In this document: positions 9,173-18,309 of the stretch, piece after piece | How the letters are laid out: every line of letters begins with the position of its first letter | Numbering within the stretch: the first letter of the stretch is position 1 | Program-made: the position numbers and the translations under genes | Notes under the pieces: generated by a model | Seen by the model: only the letters and a program-made list of their open reading frames with translations | Databases searched by the model: none | What the model was told of the DNA's origin: nothing | DNA from: a virus | Virus record (IMG/VR): IMGVR_UViG_3300025674_000024 | Span: 21,660-85,659 of that record | DNA length: 64,000 bases | Reading direction: 5' to 3' (one strand)

Positions 9173-9835
9173 CTACATGCGCTCCATCTTCTTCGCACGA
9201 GCGAAGTCGGCTTTTGCCTGAGAGTTACTAGTATAAGCTAGTGCTCGCATCCATCCCACTAACTCTTTTCTGTCGTAACTATCAAGGATTCCGCCTTGAT
9301 CTCTACGCTTTTTCAAGAGCTTTTTGATGTTGTCAGCATTGATCTTAGCCTGACCCCCCTGCTCTTCTGCTCTCGCAATGGAGCTTTTCACGGCCGGCAT
9401 AAGCTTTCCTTCGCCACCACTCCCTCTTTCGACGACTCTGAGGATTGTGCGAGAGTCTTTAGACGCTTCTTTTTTGATAGCCTCGAGCTCACTTAGCGTC
9501 TTCTCGTCGCCAGCACGGCGCTGAGCTGCTCGCTCGAACATCCCCTTGGTCTTAGCGGCAGCGGTGGCCTTGTCCTTTTCGCGGCGCATGACGGCTGGGT
9601 TGCTGGCCGCGCCCTGCTTGAGCTTCTCGGTGGGGGTCATCTCTTTCGCCCCAGCCTCCTTGCCCTTGCGGCACTGACCGCCAGTTCCGTAGAAGCTACC
9701 GTCGGGGCGCTGACAGCGGGCGAAGTCGTAGGCCTCGGCGTAGGCCAGTTGGTCCTCGGGATTCTCCGAGTACTTGAGTTCGGCGAGGGCTTTGGCGGCG
9801 GCCAACGCTTCGTCTGTGAAACGGTCTTTCCGCAT
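9173..9835 (-). CDS. CQRxDG-module protein with basic helical C-terminus
   Basis: AYAEAYDFARCQRPDGSFYGTGGQCRKG; GGGTAAAA motif upstream. Confidence 0.75.
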   Translation of the reverse strand: MRKDRFTDEALAAAKALAELKYSENPEDQLAYAEAYDFARCQRPDGSFYGTGGQCRKGKEAGAKEMTPTEKLKQGAASNPAVMRREKDKATAAAKTKGMFERAAQRRAGDEKTLSELEAIKKEASKDSRTILRVVERGSGGEGKLMPAVKSSIARAEEQGGQAKINADNIKKLLKKRRDQGGILDSYDRKELVGWMRALAYTSNSQAKADFARAKKMERM

Positions 9836-9895
9836 GAGTCTGCTTTAATAGGAATGGGTTCCTCTTTTGGGTTTTACCCATTTCAATTATACACT

Positions 9896-9918
9896 AAAAA
9901 GCCCGGGCCTCCCTGGGC
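9896..9918 (-). terminator. Rho-independent terminator after the HNH gene
   Basis: Minus strand GCCCAGG-gagg-CCCGGGC followed by TTTTT. Confidence 0.6.
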
Positions 9919-9937
9919 CAAACTACTATGAGGAGTT

Positions 9938-10594
9938 TCAATCGTCGTATCTAGCTAAGACGTGAAAGACTGAGGAGTTCTTAAGTCTTATGGACTCAGC
10001 AACGTACAAGTCTGGATCAACAATTTGCTCGAACGAGTACCCCAAAGACAAAAGCTTAACCATGTTCCCGTACGTTTTCCATTTCTTCTTTCCTAGAGCT
10101 TTAGCTATGCGATATCCCGTGGAATGCCCGCTAAGATACTCTCCCCATGCCGCCTCATACTCCCCCTCGGTCCAATGCTTCCTCTTTGAAGCCGCGGCTC
10201 TTTGAGCCTTTATCGCCTGAGAATCAGAATACTCTGGCGTCCCCCTGTGCTTATCGTGCATTTTCCTCGCTCGTTCTTGAGCTGGTTTCCACATCAAGCC
10301 TTTACTTTTTGCCTCCTTGATCTTTTCCATTAAGGCTAAACTTCCTCTTTCTCCGCCCTTCATTGCTGCTTCCACTAAGGGAAGATAGGAGTCTTTGCCA
10401 TGCCAAACATGAGCGTGAAAACTTGGAGAGCAAACGTACAGATTGCTTGGGTCATTAGTTCCACCTTGACTTTGAGGGATGCGATGGTGAACGTGCATCC
10501 CTTTCATCTGCTGATCCGTAAGACCCCAGTTCTCTTGAGCTATAGCCCTATAGTGTCTACGATCAACTTTGACTAGGCTAGACTCCTTCTTCAT
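9938..10594 (-). CDS. HNH homing endonuclease
   Basis: HVHHRIPQSQGGTNDPSNLYVCSPSFHAHVWH; C-terminal helix-turn-helix-like segment. Confidence 0.85.
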   Translation of the reverse strand: MKKESSLVKVDRRHYRAIAQENWGLTDQQMKGMHVHHRIPQSQGGTNDPSNLYVCSPSFHAHVWHGKDSYLPLVEAAMKGGERGSLALMEKIKEAKSKGLMWKPAQERARKMHDKHRGTPEYSDSQAIKAQRAAASKRKHWTEGEYEAAWGEYLSGHSTGYRIAKALGKKKWKTYGNMVKLLSLGYSFEQIVDPDLYVAESIRLKNSSVFHVLARYDD

Positions 10595-11409
10595 TAGTCT
10601 TCGTACCTGCTAAGGATTTTGCCGATCACGGAGTTTCTCACTACATCTTCTCGTGTAAACCTCACTCGAGCCACTTCATCAATGTTTGCCAACCGGTGAT
10701 AAGCGTCTAAGAGGCCGTTGTCTGAGTTGAAAACCTCAAGATCAACCTGCTTAGTATCACCAGTGACTACAACTCTAGAGTTTTCAGAAACTCGAGTCAA
10801 AACAGTCTTGACATTATGGATAGTACTGTTTTGAGCCTCATCAAAGATGATTAGACTATCCGCAAAGCTTCGTCCTCGAATGTCCTCCAGCAGGATTGGC
10901 TCAATGAGTTTCTTGTTCATTAGGTACTCAGCTGCACCCTGAGAGCGCATGATCACTGAGAGATTATCAAACACCGGACCTACTAACGGGGCCATCTTTT
11001 CTTCCATAGTTCCAGGAAGAGCACCACGGCCTCTTTGGTGCATAACTCCAACGTCAGAACGAAGGTAGAACACCTTATTGATCAAGTTTTTCCTGAGTGC
11101 CTCAAGTCCCCAGTGAAGAGCGACAAGAGTTTTACCAACTCCACTTGGACCAACGGCTATGGTCACAGTATGGTGGTTGATTGCTTCCCACAGATCATCT
11201 TGACGGTCAGTCAGAGGATTGAACGGGAGCAGATCCATCGTGTTGCGGTGGACGTCGCTCAACATCGCAGCTTCTCGGGCCCGACGTTCTTTACGACGCT
11301 CTTTGCAGGCTGGCATTATGTTAACGGAATTGAAGGTTTGGGTGTCGACTCGGACAACTCTTAGGCGATCATGCGAATCACCTCCATTCCCGCTTGATGT
11401 AGTATCCAT
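10594..11409 (-). CDS. phoH: PhoH family ATPase
   Basis: GPSGVGKT, LPGTMEEKMAP, IRGRSF, DEAQN, TGDTKQVDL, DVVRN. Confidence 0.95.
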   Translation of the reverse strand: MDTTSSGNGGDSHDRLRVVRVDTQTFNSVNIMPACKERRKERRAREAAMLSDVHRNTMDLLPFNPLTDRQDDLWEAINHHTVTIAVGPSGVGKTLVALHWGLEALRKNLINKVFYLRSDVGVMHQRGRGALPGTMEEKMAPLVGPVFDNLSVIMRSQGAAEYLMNKKLIEPILLEDIRGRSFADSLIIFDEAQNSTIHNVKTVLTRVSENSRVVVTGDTKQVDLEVFNSDNGLLDAYHRLANIDEVARVRFTREDVVRNSVIGKILSRYED

Positions 11410-11503
11410 GGCTCGAGAGCTTTGGACTCGAGAGTTTTACCCGGAGAGTCCGTGAGGAGAGTAAGAGAGCCGTAAGTGTCCTCTCCTCACAGTGTCCTCT
11501 CTC

Positions 11504-13192
11504 CTAGTCAATGCCTACATCGTAACGTATATCCTGTCTCCCTCCTCTCCCCTTACCGAAGAATAGGCTGCTCTCCGCAGGTGTGAGCAACTCTCTCCTC
11601 CTCCCAGTCTTCATCTCTCCGAACTCTTTCATCAGATCTTTACGACCCGAGCTCCTGCCTAAGCTACTCCTCAGAGCGTCGTTAAGCTCCGCTCCTCCCC
11701 CGTCAAGATGGAACATGTAGTAGGTACACGCCCAGACGACGGAGTCTGTACGGTCATCATGAGGGACGTGAGGGAACGCTGTGAGTTCCTTGATGAAGTC
11801 CTGAACCCACGCCCCATCTACGAACTTCACTCGTTTGGCTTCAAAGAGCGGGCATATCGTCTGGAGTCGGATCGTCTTGGACTTCAGAGGCTTAAACGGA
11901 TGGACTTGGATCTTGCTCTCGCGTTCCAGCACCTGAATGAGTGATTGCCCAGAAGCGGCTTGCTCGATCGTCATGAAGCGTGCGCCATAATACTTCTGAG
12001 TCTGCTCCACCATGGCCATGAGGTCTGGGAATCCCCATCTCCCGTGCACAAGCTCTCGGATGTAGATGTTGTCAGGATCTTTGCGACTAAATCCCGCTAC
12101 GCATATCACACTCTCGTCAGCCTGTTGCCTCTCGGAGAACGCCGTGTCGAGTGATAGGTAGGTGATGTCAAACTCCGGACACTCGTCTGGGTCTATGACT
12201 TGGACCCACCCGGCCTTGACAATAGAGCCTTCCTGAGCCGTCGGAGTCCCTTGGTACAACGCGGCGAACTTACTGCTTCCCATCGCGCGCTTTTGCGACA
12301 AGAGCATGTCCGTCGTGAAGACGGGGTTTGATGGCCAGTGAGACTCTCCGTTCTTACGGCCTAGAGGGTCTGTAGACTCGTTCTCGCAGATCCCGGGGAT
12401 GTTGATCCAACGCCAGCCCGTCGGATTCTCCACCTCATCATACATCCCGTCGCCGTCCATGAGAATCCCGTGAAGGTCTCTTTCATGGAAGCGCGTGCCG
12501 ATGAGTATTTGCGCCCAGCGGTTGGTGCGGCGTGTGGAAGCTTGTTCACCCCAGAAAGTCTCAAGACCTTCTAAAGCGGCTCTAGAATCAGACCCCTTCA
12601 GTGGGTCATCAATAACGAGGGCCCCAACTCCGGGACTGTCCATCGCAGGTGTACCCGCCGTGAAGCCTGTAAGAACTCCTCCCACTGAAGTAGCTAGGAT
12701 GTATCCCCCTCCTCTTATCCCATACTTTTCATCTGGGATAAAGCCCTGCCACTCTGGGAATACTTTCGTAAAATATTTATGCCTTAAGTACCCAAAGATC
12801 CCTCTATGAAACTTGTTGGAGAGCTGCTGCCCGTACGAAGCAATGATGTGCTGGGTCTGTTGATCTCTCCCAAGTAGCCATGCTACAAAGAGTTGAGAGA
12901 GCATAGACTTCCCAGAACGAGGCGGGCAAGAAACGATAAAGCGTTGATAGCGCCATTCCGCCACATCTTCAAACCCAGAAGCTATGATTTCATGAAATGG
13001 CTCCACCACTAACTTCCCATCAAGCATAAGATCAGAGAAGGCTAAAAAGCAACTTCTTGCTGCTCTATACTTATAGTCTAAGATGATACTTTTCGGGGCC
13101 TCCATGACCGTGAGTTCTTGGAGCCCTCTCTTATAGACTCTCCAGGAAGAAAACTCTTCTAGTTGAGAGACATGGCTAATGATAGGCCTCAT
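11504..13192 (-). CDS. terL: Terminase large subunit
   Basis: PPRSGKS (Walker A), VIDDP (Walker B), GTRFHERDL, ALYQGTP; nuclease domain SLDTAFS...IEQAASG...FPHVPHDDRTDS. Confidence 0.95.
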   Translation of the reverse strand: MRPIISHVSQLEEFSSWRVYKRGLQELTVMEAPKSIILDYKYRAARSCFLAFSDLMLDGKLVVEPFHEIIASGFEDVAEWRYQRFIVSCPPRSGKSMLSQLFVAWLLGRDQQTQHIIASYGQQLSNKFHRGIFGYLRHKYFTKVFPEWQGFIPDEKYGIRGGGYILATSVGGVLTGFTAGTPAMDSPGVGALVIDDPLKGSDSRAALEGLETFWGEQASTRRTNRWAQILIGTRFHERDLHGILMDGDGMYDEVENPTGWRWINIPGICENESTDPLGRKNGESHWPSNPVFTTDMLLSQKRAMGSSKFAALYQGTPTAQEGSIVKAGWVQVIDPDECPEFDITYLSLDTAFSERQQADESVICVAGFSRKDPDNIYIRELVHGRWGFPDLMAMVEQTQKYYGARFMTIEQAASGQSLIQVLERESKIQVHPFKPLKSKTIRLQTICPLFEAKRVKFVDGAWVQDFIKELTAFPHVPHDDRTDSVVWACTYYMFHLDGGGAELNDALRSSLGRSSGRKDLMKEFGEMKTGRRRELLTPAESSLFFGKGRGGRQDIRYDVGID

Positions 13193-13194
13193 CT

Positions 13195-13797
13195 TTATCT
13201 TGGGTTCGTGTACCCACCTCTTTGAACTCCGTAATGGAGATGATATTCTTTAAAAGTCTCCGAAAGGCTGTCCGCTGGGATCCTCTCCCCGTCTATCAAT
13301 ACGCCGTATCTTGTCAGTCTTCCCTTCCTACGGAAGTACTCCCAATCTCCGTAGATTTGAAGCTTTTTCTCTTTTTGTATCTTACGGCTTTTATCCGCAT
13401 TTCTTCTGCATGCTTCTCTCTTCCTTTCCGTCCACACTTTACCAGAGGCCTTAGCAGCTTTTGTCATATGACCGGGAATAGAAGCTGTCTTAAGCCCTCC
13501 CTTTCTCCCAGCTTCTCTAATGACTGCAAGAGAATAGAAGCCTCCGCAATTCTCGTTCAAGCACAGAGGATTGTTCAAATGAGGCTTTATCAGCTCTGTC
13601 TCAGCTTTTCTTGCATCTTCCCAAGATGAAAAGACTTTTAGAATCTCTTTTTGTGGGACATATTCATCCCACTTTGCCCTATGAGTTATAGGACTGCCCC
13701 AATACTCTTCATCAAAGAATTTCTCTTTATGAACACCGAAGTAAAAGTAGTCTGAGCCAACAAATGTGATTTTGTACGTGTAGATTCTAGGCTCCAT
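13195..13797 (-). CDS. GIY-YIG (Seg-like) homing endonuclease
   Basis: N-terminal IYTYKITF...YFYFGVH...YWGS...KEIL...AETELI...CLN pattern; sits between the terS candidate and terL. Confidence 0.7.
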   Translation of the reverse strand: MEPRIYTYKITFVGSDYFYFGVHKEKFFDEEYWGSPITHRAKWDEYVPQKEILKVFSSWEDARKAETELIKPHLNNPLCLNENCGGFYSLAVIREAGRKGGLKTASIPGHMTKAAKASGKVWTERKREACRRNADKSRKIQKEKKLQIYGDWEYFRRKGRLTRYGVLIDGERIPADSLSETFKEYHLHYGVQRGGYTNPR

Positions 13798-14093
13798 CAG
13801 TCTTCTTTGGCGTTACCTTGGGAAAGTTTCTTAATAAGTTCATCGACACGTCCACTATATTCTTTAGCGAGCTCTTTTTCCTGCTTAGACTCTGTCTCTT
13901 GAATAGAGATTATATCACTAAGGAGATCTCGATGAGCTTTGAGACTTGAGTTAAATACTTGCACGAGGTCCCTTAACGGAGCCTCACCCATCGTAGCTTC
14001 GATGTCTCCGAGAGCTTGCTCCGCGACCTTGAGGACTTTTTCGGCCAGCTTGGACTTTTGAGCGATGATCCGCTCGTTACGATCTTCAGCCAT
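13797..14093 (-). CDS. Helical protein, possible terminase small subunit
   Basis: Position upstream of terL and helical composition only. Confidence 0.35.
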   Translation of the reverse strand: MAEDRNERIIAQKSKLAEKVLKVAEQALGDIEATMGEAPLRDLVQVFNSSLKAHRDLLSDIISIQETESKQEKELAKEYSGRVDELIKKLSQGNAKED

Positions 14094-14094
14094 G

Positions 14095-14271
14095 TTAGAA
14101 ACTTCTCCTGCAGCGGGAGCACCCGCGGCCTCTCGTGTTAGCGTTGTTTCGCACCGTAGTGGGTGGGCTGTGGATCTGCTTCAAGAGCGCCTGCGCTTTC
14201 TGCCTGTCACCGTTGTGAAGCGCTCTGTAGTACTCCTTCCAAAGAAGATCACGCCTAGACGGGTCAATCAT
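14095..14271 (-). CDS. Small basic hypothetical protein
   Basis: Probable start at ATG 14271 (MIDPSRRDLL), preceded by GGAGGAG; C-terminal CxxC. Confidence 0.5.
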   Translation of the reverse strand: MIDPSRRDLLWKEYYRALHNGDRQKAQALLKQIHSPPTTVRNNANTRGRGCSRCRRSF

Positions 14272-14482
14272 AGCTCTCCTCCTCTTGGTCCATGGTCCCG
14301 TAGATCGCGTCAAGCAGTTCGGACAAGGCAGTCTCCTCGTCCTCAAACTTATCGAGGAAGGATTCTGGGACTTGCTGTGACAGAAGTCGTATGTGCGTCT
14401 TCTTAAGCCGCCTGTACTTTTCAGCGTCGATCTGGGAACTGAAGTCGGAGAGATCCACTCCCGCCCCTGCTACTATGCGCAT
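14264..14482 (-). CDS. Hypothetical protein
   Basis: Tightly packed ORF on the coding strand. Confidence 0.55.
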   Translation of the reverse strand: MRIVAGAGVDLSDFSSQIDAEKYRRLKKTHIRLLSQQVPESFLDKFEDEETALSELLDAIYGTMDQEEESYD

Positions 14483-14491
14483 GGTGGACTT

Positions 14492-15688
14492 TTACCCCTC
14501 TCCGGTGCCGTACTCCTCGAGAGTCTCTTCCTCGGAGATTCCTGGTAGGTACTGGTCCGGGCGGAAGAACTGGAACTCGCTGGCCTTGATCCAAGCTCTC
14601 CCCAGAGGGGTGTTACCTACTCTTATGTAGGTCTCTCCTTCTATTGTCAGCTTTACTCCTGCGGAAGCTGGGAAGATGGCTCCGTACTTCACGCGAGCGG
14701 TAGCGGTGTCCGGGTCGGAGGGGTCGGTGTACAGCAGAGCCTGCTGAGTGATCACCTGGCCGTAAGCTGTGACTGGGAGGCTCGAAGCTGAGAACTCCTC
14801 GGTGTTTCCGGGAGTCTCTGGAACGTAACTCTCTCCCAAGATGCGAATCAGACCGTTAGTCAACTGCAGCAAGCGGTTACCCGTGTCCACGCCGAAGTAA
14901 GAGCGGATGGAGTTCCCATCTGAGTCCTTAATGCTGATGACCTCGAAGCGTCCACTCGTATCGAGAGTCCCAGTCGGAACCTTCACGTACTTCGCGTCGA
15001 TTTCCGCTTTGGTCATAAAGACCTGAGAAGGATCCCACTTGTAGACCAAGTCTCCGTCGTCGTTGAAAAGCACACCGCTGTAGGACGGATCGTAGTCGAT
15101 TGTATCGTTGGGGGGAGGTAGCACCGGGTCGAGGATGATGCTGTCTCGTACAGCTTGCCCGGGTTGCAGAGTGGCAAGAACGTTCTGCGGGAAGAGCTTA
15201 GAGCAGTCCCCCCGAGCGACGCATGGGTCGATGGCGATACCGCGGTAGTAGTCCTGCACTACGATCTGCCACACTTGCGTGTAGGTGTAGTGCGAGGAGT
15301 CTGTGAGTCCGGTGAAACTTTCTCTTACAAGGTGAAAGGGTTCGACGATTTCTACGCCCGTGTTACAGGGGACTGTGTTAACCAGAGTCTCGTGACTGGC
15401 CGCGAGCAATTGCACGGCAAAGTCGTGCCCTGACTGAGAGAGATACGATTGGGAAGCGATATTGACCTCGAATGTCATCGTGCGCTCCATGGTCAGAGGA
15501 GCCTGACGAATCGTCTGCACGGAGGAACCCGTATAGCGCACCACCATCGAGTTCACCATTTGGAGGATGCCCTCCTCGTCAGAGACGTCCGCGAGTCTTA
15601 CCACATTGACACCGAGGGGAACGAGAGTGGAGGACAAGAGCGCGTTGGACATGTAGCGCTCGATCTTCGTAATGCTGTCTAATCGCAT
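14492..15688 (-). CDS. Mu gp37-like tail terminator / head-tail protein with C-terminal extension
   Basis: N-terminal ITKIE...VVRYTGS...ERTMTFEV pattern and position in the neck cluster. Confidence 0.5.
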   Translation of the reverse strand: MRLDSITKIERYMSNALLSSTLVPLGVNVVRLADVSDEEGILQMVNSMVVRYTGSSVQTIRQAPLTMERTMTFEVNIASQSYLSQSGHDFAVQLLAASHETLVNTVPCNTGVEIVEPFHLVRESFTGLTDSSHYTYTQVWQIVVQDYYRGIAIDPCVARGDCSKLFPQNVLATLQPGQAVRDSIILDPVLPPPNDTIDYDPSYSGVLFNDDGDLVYKWDPSQVFMTKAEIDAKYVKVPTGTLDTSGRFEVISIKDSDGNSIRSYFGVDTGNRLLQLTNGLIRILGESYVPETPGNTEEFSASSLPVTAYGQVITQQALLYTDPSDPDTATARVKYGAIFPASAGVKLTIEGETYIRVGNTPLGRAWIKASEFQFFRPDQYLPGISEEETLEEYGTGEG

Positions 15689-16022
15689 TAGACTTTGCGC
15701 TCCATCATCATGGTGTTGTACACCCTGCCCGTCTTGTTGTTGCGAATGGTGAGAGCGTCCTCTTCCTCGACCAGGGCATAGTCCCTGCGGTCATTCTTAT
15801 GTAGCTCAGGTTGATATAGTCATGTGCAGGGATCTCCAGGCCGGTAAGCGTGGGGATCGGGTTGCCGCTATCGTTTTTAATTTCAACGCCATCAGCAGTC
15901 ACGCTTAGCGTCGCGCTGCCGATATTTACCGGAAGGGGATCTGCGGTCGAGGCGATCTTAGCGTCCCCGCTCCCGTCGACGAAGCTGATAAGACGGTTTG
16001 ATACGAATCTGGGCTCTGACAT
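15688..16022 (-). pseudogene. Out-of-frame fusion of a structural-gene 5' part and a fibre-type 3' remnant (deletion scar)
   Basis: The ORF reads normally to IPAHDYINLSY and then looks like junk. A different frame (15798-15688) reads KNDRRDYALVEEEDALTIRNNKTGRVYNTMMMERKV*, and its TAA overlaps the next ATG (TAATG). Confidence 0.6.
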
Positions 16023-16420
16023 TAGACTACAGCACGGATGGATGAGATGGCGGAACCGGAAACTTTGTAAAGTCCCCCTGTAGGAACGCCACCGGCTATC
16101 GCAGCGGCCTGATCAGCATATTCGGTAAGTTCGCTGACGAGAGCGTCCACGACAGCGTCGGAATCAAGAGAGGAAGCGACAGGAGGGACAGTAGCCGTGA
16201 CCCACGCTCCCTGATAATAGACGTAGAGTTCTCCGGTGTCGGAATCCCACCACAAGTATCCGGCTTGAGGAGCTGTAGGAGGGAGAGAGTTGATGTAGAC
16301 CGGAGGAGAGACTTCCGCGGAAGCTACCGCCTCCCAGGAAGTTCCGTTCCACTTCCAGGACTGGTCTCCGACCGTGTAGATCTGGTTGAGAGTGGGGGAT
16401 GTGGGGAAAGAGAGTGCCAT
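16022..16420 (-). CDS. Small virion/fibre-associated protein
   Basis: FPTSPTLNQIY...WKWNGTSW and PP..PQAGYLWWDSDTGELYVYY motifs common in cyanophage structural proteins. Confidence 0.65.
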   Translation of the reverse strand: MALSFPTSPTLNQIYTVGDQSWKWNGTSWEAVASAEVSPPVYINSLPPTAPQAGYLWWDSDTGELYVYYQGAWVTATVPPVASSLDSDAVVDALVSELTEYADQAAAIAGGVPTGGLYKVSGSAISSIRAVV

Positions 16421-16422
16421 TG

Positions 16423-17463
16423 TCAGGAGCTAGAGGAGTTGCCAGATGTGATAATAGCGCCGTCGTCCGCGGGTTGCTGAGGGAGGTAGGCCTCGTCCCC
16501 GAAATCACCCCAGTTCGGCTCATCGTTGTTGTTCTCAGCGTTGAAGAAGTCCCAACGGTAGTCCGGCACGCGATCGCCGCCGGTGTCGCTCCACCAGCCG
16601 CTGAGTCCCTTGCCGCTGACGCCGTTGTAGTATTGTGGGGTGCGCCAAGAACGGAGGAGTCCCGCTCTAGAATTGATCGCCATCTCCCCGTCCGGACGGA
16701 CGGCGGGGTTGTAAGTGGTGGCGGCCTCGAGCTCCTTGATCGCTCTCTCGTAGTCCTTTAAGATGTCCTCCCGGCGTCTCACCGTGTCGAGGTAGTACCT
16801 CGCGATGATCAGAGAGGTTCGGCGACGGTTGGAGCTGACGAGCAGCTTCCCCGCTTTGGTGGACTGGTTGATGTAAGAGTCGATCAGCGCGCAAGCGTCC
16901 TGGATCGCCATCTCCAGACGTACGACGTTCGGTTGAGCGGCGTCCGCATCGTCAATGTTTGTGATCTGGATCGCTTCCTTCAGTCCGTAGGCCATGATGA
17001 AGTCGTCCGAAGTTGCCGATCTTGGGTCCGCGGAACGATCTCGCCGAGAGTAAGCTTCTCCGCTCGCGTAAGCACCGAGGTTGGACATCTCATTCCAACC
17101 TAGTTGCTCCTCAGCCGGCTTCTGAAGATTCTTTGCTTGGACCTTAAAGAACGCGCGAACCGCATTACGACGGATCGTAGCGACGGAGGCACCAGACCTG
17201 ACTGGGGCTCTGAGAGCTCGGTTAATGTCCGTAGGAGGAGTGTAGTTGACGAAGACCTTGTCACCCAGCTTAACGTTCTTCCCGAACGTGAGAGTGATCT
17301 CGTTCGTCTCAGAGTAGGCTCGGTCGGTTACTGGGATCTTCCCGTAGTTGATCGTGAAAGACGTGACTGGCACATCAATCGTATCGTCCAGAGTCTGATC
17401 AAAGACGAGAACGCCCTTGGACTGCTCCTTTATGGTAAACTCGAGTAGCTGCGGTGCCGCCAT
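16423..17463 (-). CDS. Mu gp36-like (DUF1320) head-tail adaptor with N-terminal SwmB-like domain
   Basis: AIQDACALIDSYI...IARYYL...YERAIKEL; N-terminal L.FDQ.LD...FTI...ITLT......GDKV.VNY.PP. Confidence 0.7.
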   Translation of the reverse strand: MAAPQLLEFTIKEQSKGVLVFDQTLDDTIDVPVTSFTINYGKIPVTDRAYSETNEITLTFGKNVKLGDKVFVNYTPPTDINRALRAPVRSGASVATIRRNAVRAFFKVQAKNLQKPAEEQLGWNEMSNLGAYASGEAYSRRDRSADPRSATSDDFIMAYGLKEAIQITNIDDADAAQPNVVRLEMAIQDACALIDSYINQSTKAGKLLVSSNRRRTSLIIARYYLDTVRRREDILKDYERAIKELEAATTYNPAVRPDGEMAINSRAGLLRSWRTPQYYNGVSGKGLSGWWSDTGGDRVPDYRWDFFNAENNNDEPNWGDFGDEAYLPQQPADDGAIITSGNSSSS

Positions 17464-17466
17464 GTC

Positions 17467-18048
17467 TTACAGGTGGATGTGCAGGTAGGGATCTCCCTTG
17501 TAGTCGGGATTGAAGCCCAGGGAGGTCCAGAAAGCGTGAGGAGGATCTAGGACTCTGATTTCCGTGATGTCTCCCGGAACCTGCCCAAGGAGAGTCTTCA
17601 CACCCATGAGGATTGGAGCGTCGTCTCCCCAGTTGAGGTGTTCCCAGTTGGTGATCGTAAGGACACCGTTGAAGGTTTCGTAAGAGACAGAGCCTAGGAG
17701 GACACCAGGAGGAACGTCATCGTTCTGAGTGGTGATCCGAGTGAGTTCAATGAAGTCCTCGTCAGGGTCCGTGACGGCATCAGACGTGGCTGGGTCAGTC
17801 CCGAGGAGGCCGATAGGCTGGAGGATAGAGCTGAGTATCCCCGGAAAAGATTCCAGAGAGTCGTACACGAGAACGGTAACGAATTTTCTCTCCAGAGTCT
17901 CGGTTCCGACGGTCTCAAATAGGGTGTCCTCGGACAGGGCGTAGGTCCAAGACTTGGGATTGTACGGCTTAGGACCCTCATCACCGATCTCTTCCCACCA
18001 AGAAACCTTTCGGGTAGTCGTATCGTCGGGATCGTAAGTCAACATCAA
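17467..18048 (-). CDS. Hypothetical protein (degenerate GNAT-like C-terminus)
   Basis: Ends with AFWTSLGF. Confidence 0.45.
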   Translation of the reverse strand: MMLTYDPDDTTTRKVSWWEEIGDEGPKPYNPKSWTYALSEDTLFETVGTETLERKFVTVLVYDSLESFPGILSSILQPIGLLGTDPATSDAVTDPDEDFIELTRITTQNDDVPPGVLLGSVSYETFNGVLTITNWEHLNWGDDAPILMGVKTLLGQVPGDITEIRVLDPPHAFWTSLGFNPDYKGDPYLHIHL

Positions 18049-18278
18049 AATGTCCCCAACTCAACCGTGTATCTCGTGGTGAGAAGAAGATCCTGAGTTT
18101 CTTCTTGCACTTCCGGATTGTAGTATTCAGTGAATACTTGAGCCGGATCGGGCGGCTTTACGAGAAAAGTTGGGTAGGTCTTACGAATCTCCGCCAAAAG
18201 CCCATTCACAAGATCAGCGTTTCCCAGGCTTCTCGCCCGAAAGTACTGAAATGTCAGAGCTTGGACGGAAATTCCCAT
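18045..18278 (-). CDS. Hypothetical protein
   Basis: Probable start MGISVQ at 18278, downstream of a GGGTAAAA motif and AGGAAGGA. Confidence 0.5.
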   Translation of the reverse strand: MGISVQALTFQYFRARSLGNADLVNGLLAEIRKTYPTFLVKPPDPAQVFTEYYNPEVQEETQDLLLTTRYTVELGTF

Positions 18279-18309
18279 GTTGACTATCCTTCCTTTGTGT
18301 GTTTTACCC

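Larger units (their letters stand above)
2155..9715 (-). repeat. Seven dispersed copies of the 18-codon CQRxDG...CRKG module
   Basis: Copies at about 2155-2208, 3148-3201, 4069-4122, 6062-6115, 7941-7994, 8884-8937 and 9662-9715. Confidence 0.95.

Noticed and set aside
2155-9715. Repeated module as a CRISPR array or DGR template/variable repeat
   Set aside because: Copies are in-frame coding sequence that differs mainly at synonymous sites and is spaced by 0.8-2 kb; no cas or reverse transcriptase gene is visible.
11504-13192. Intein or intron in terL (also considered for the polymerase and topoisomerase)
   Set aside because: Lengths and motif spacing look normal; no intein termini or group I core elements were seen.
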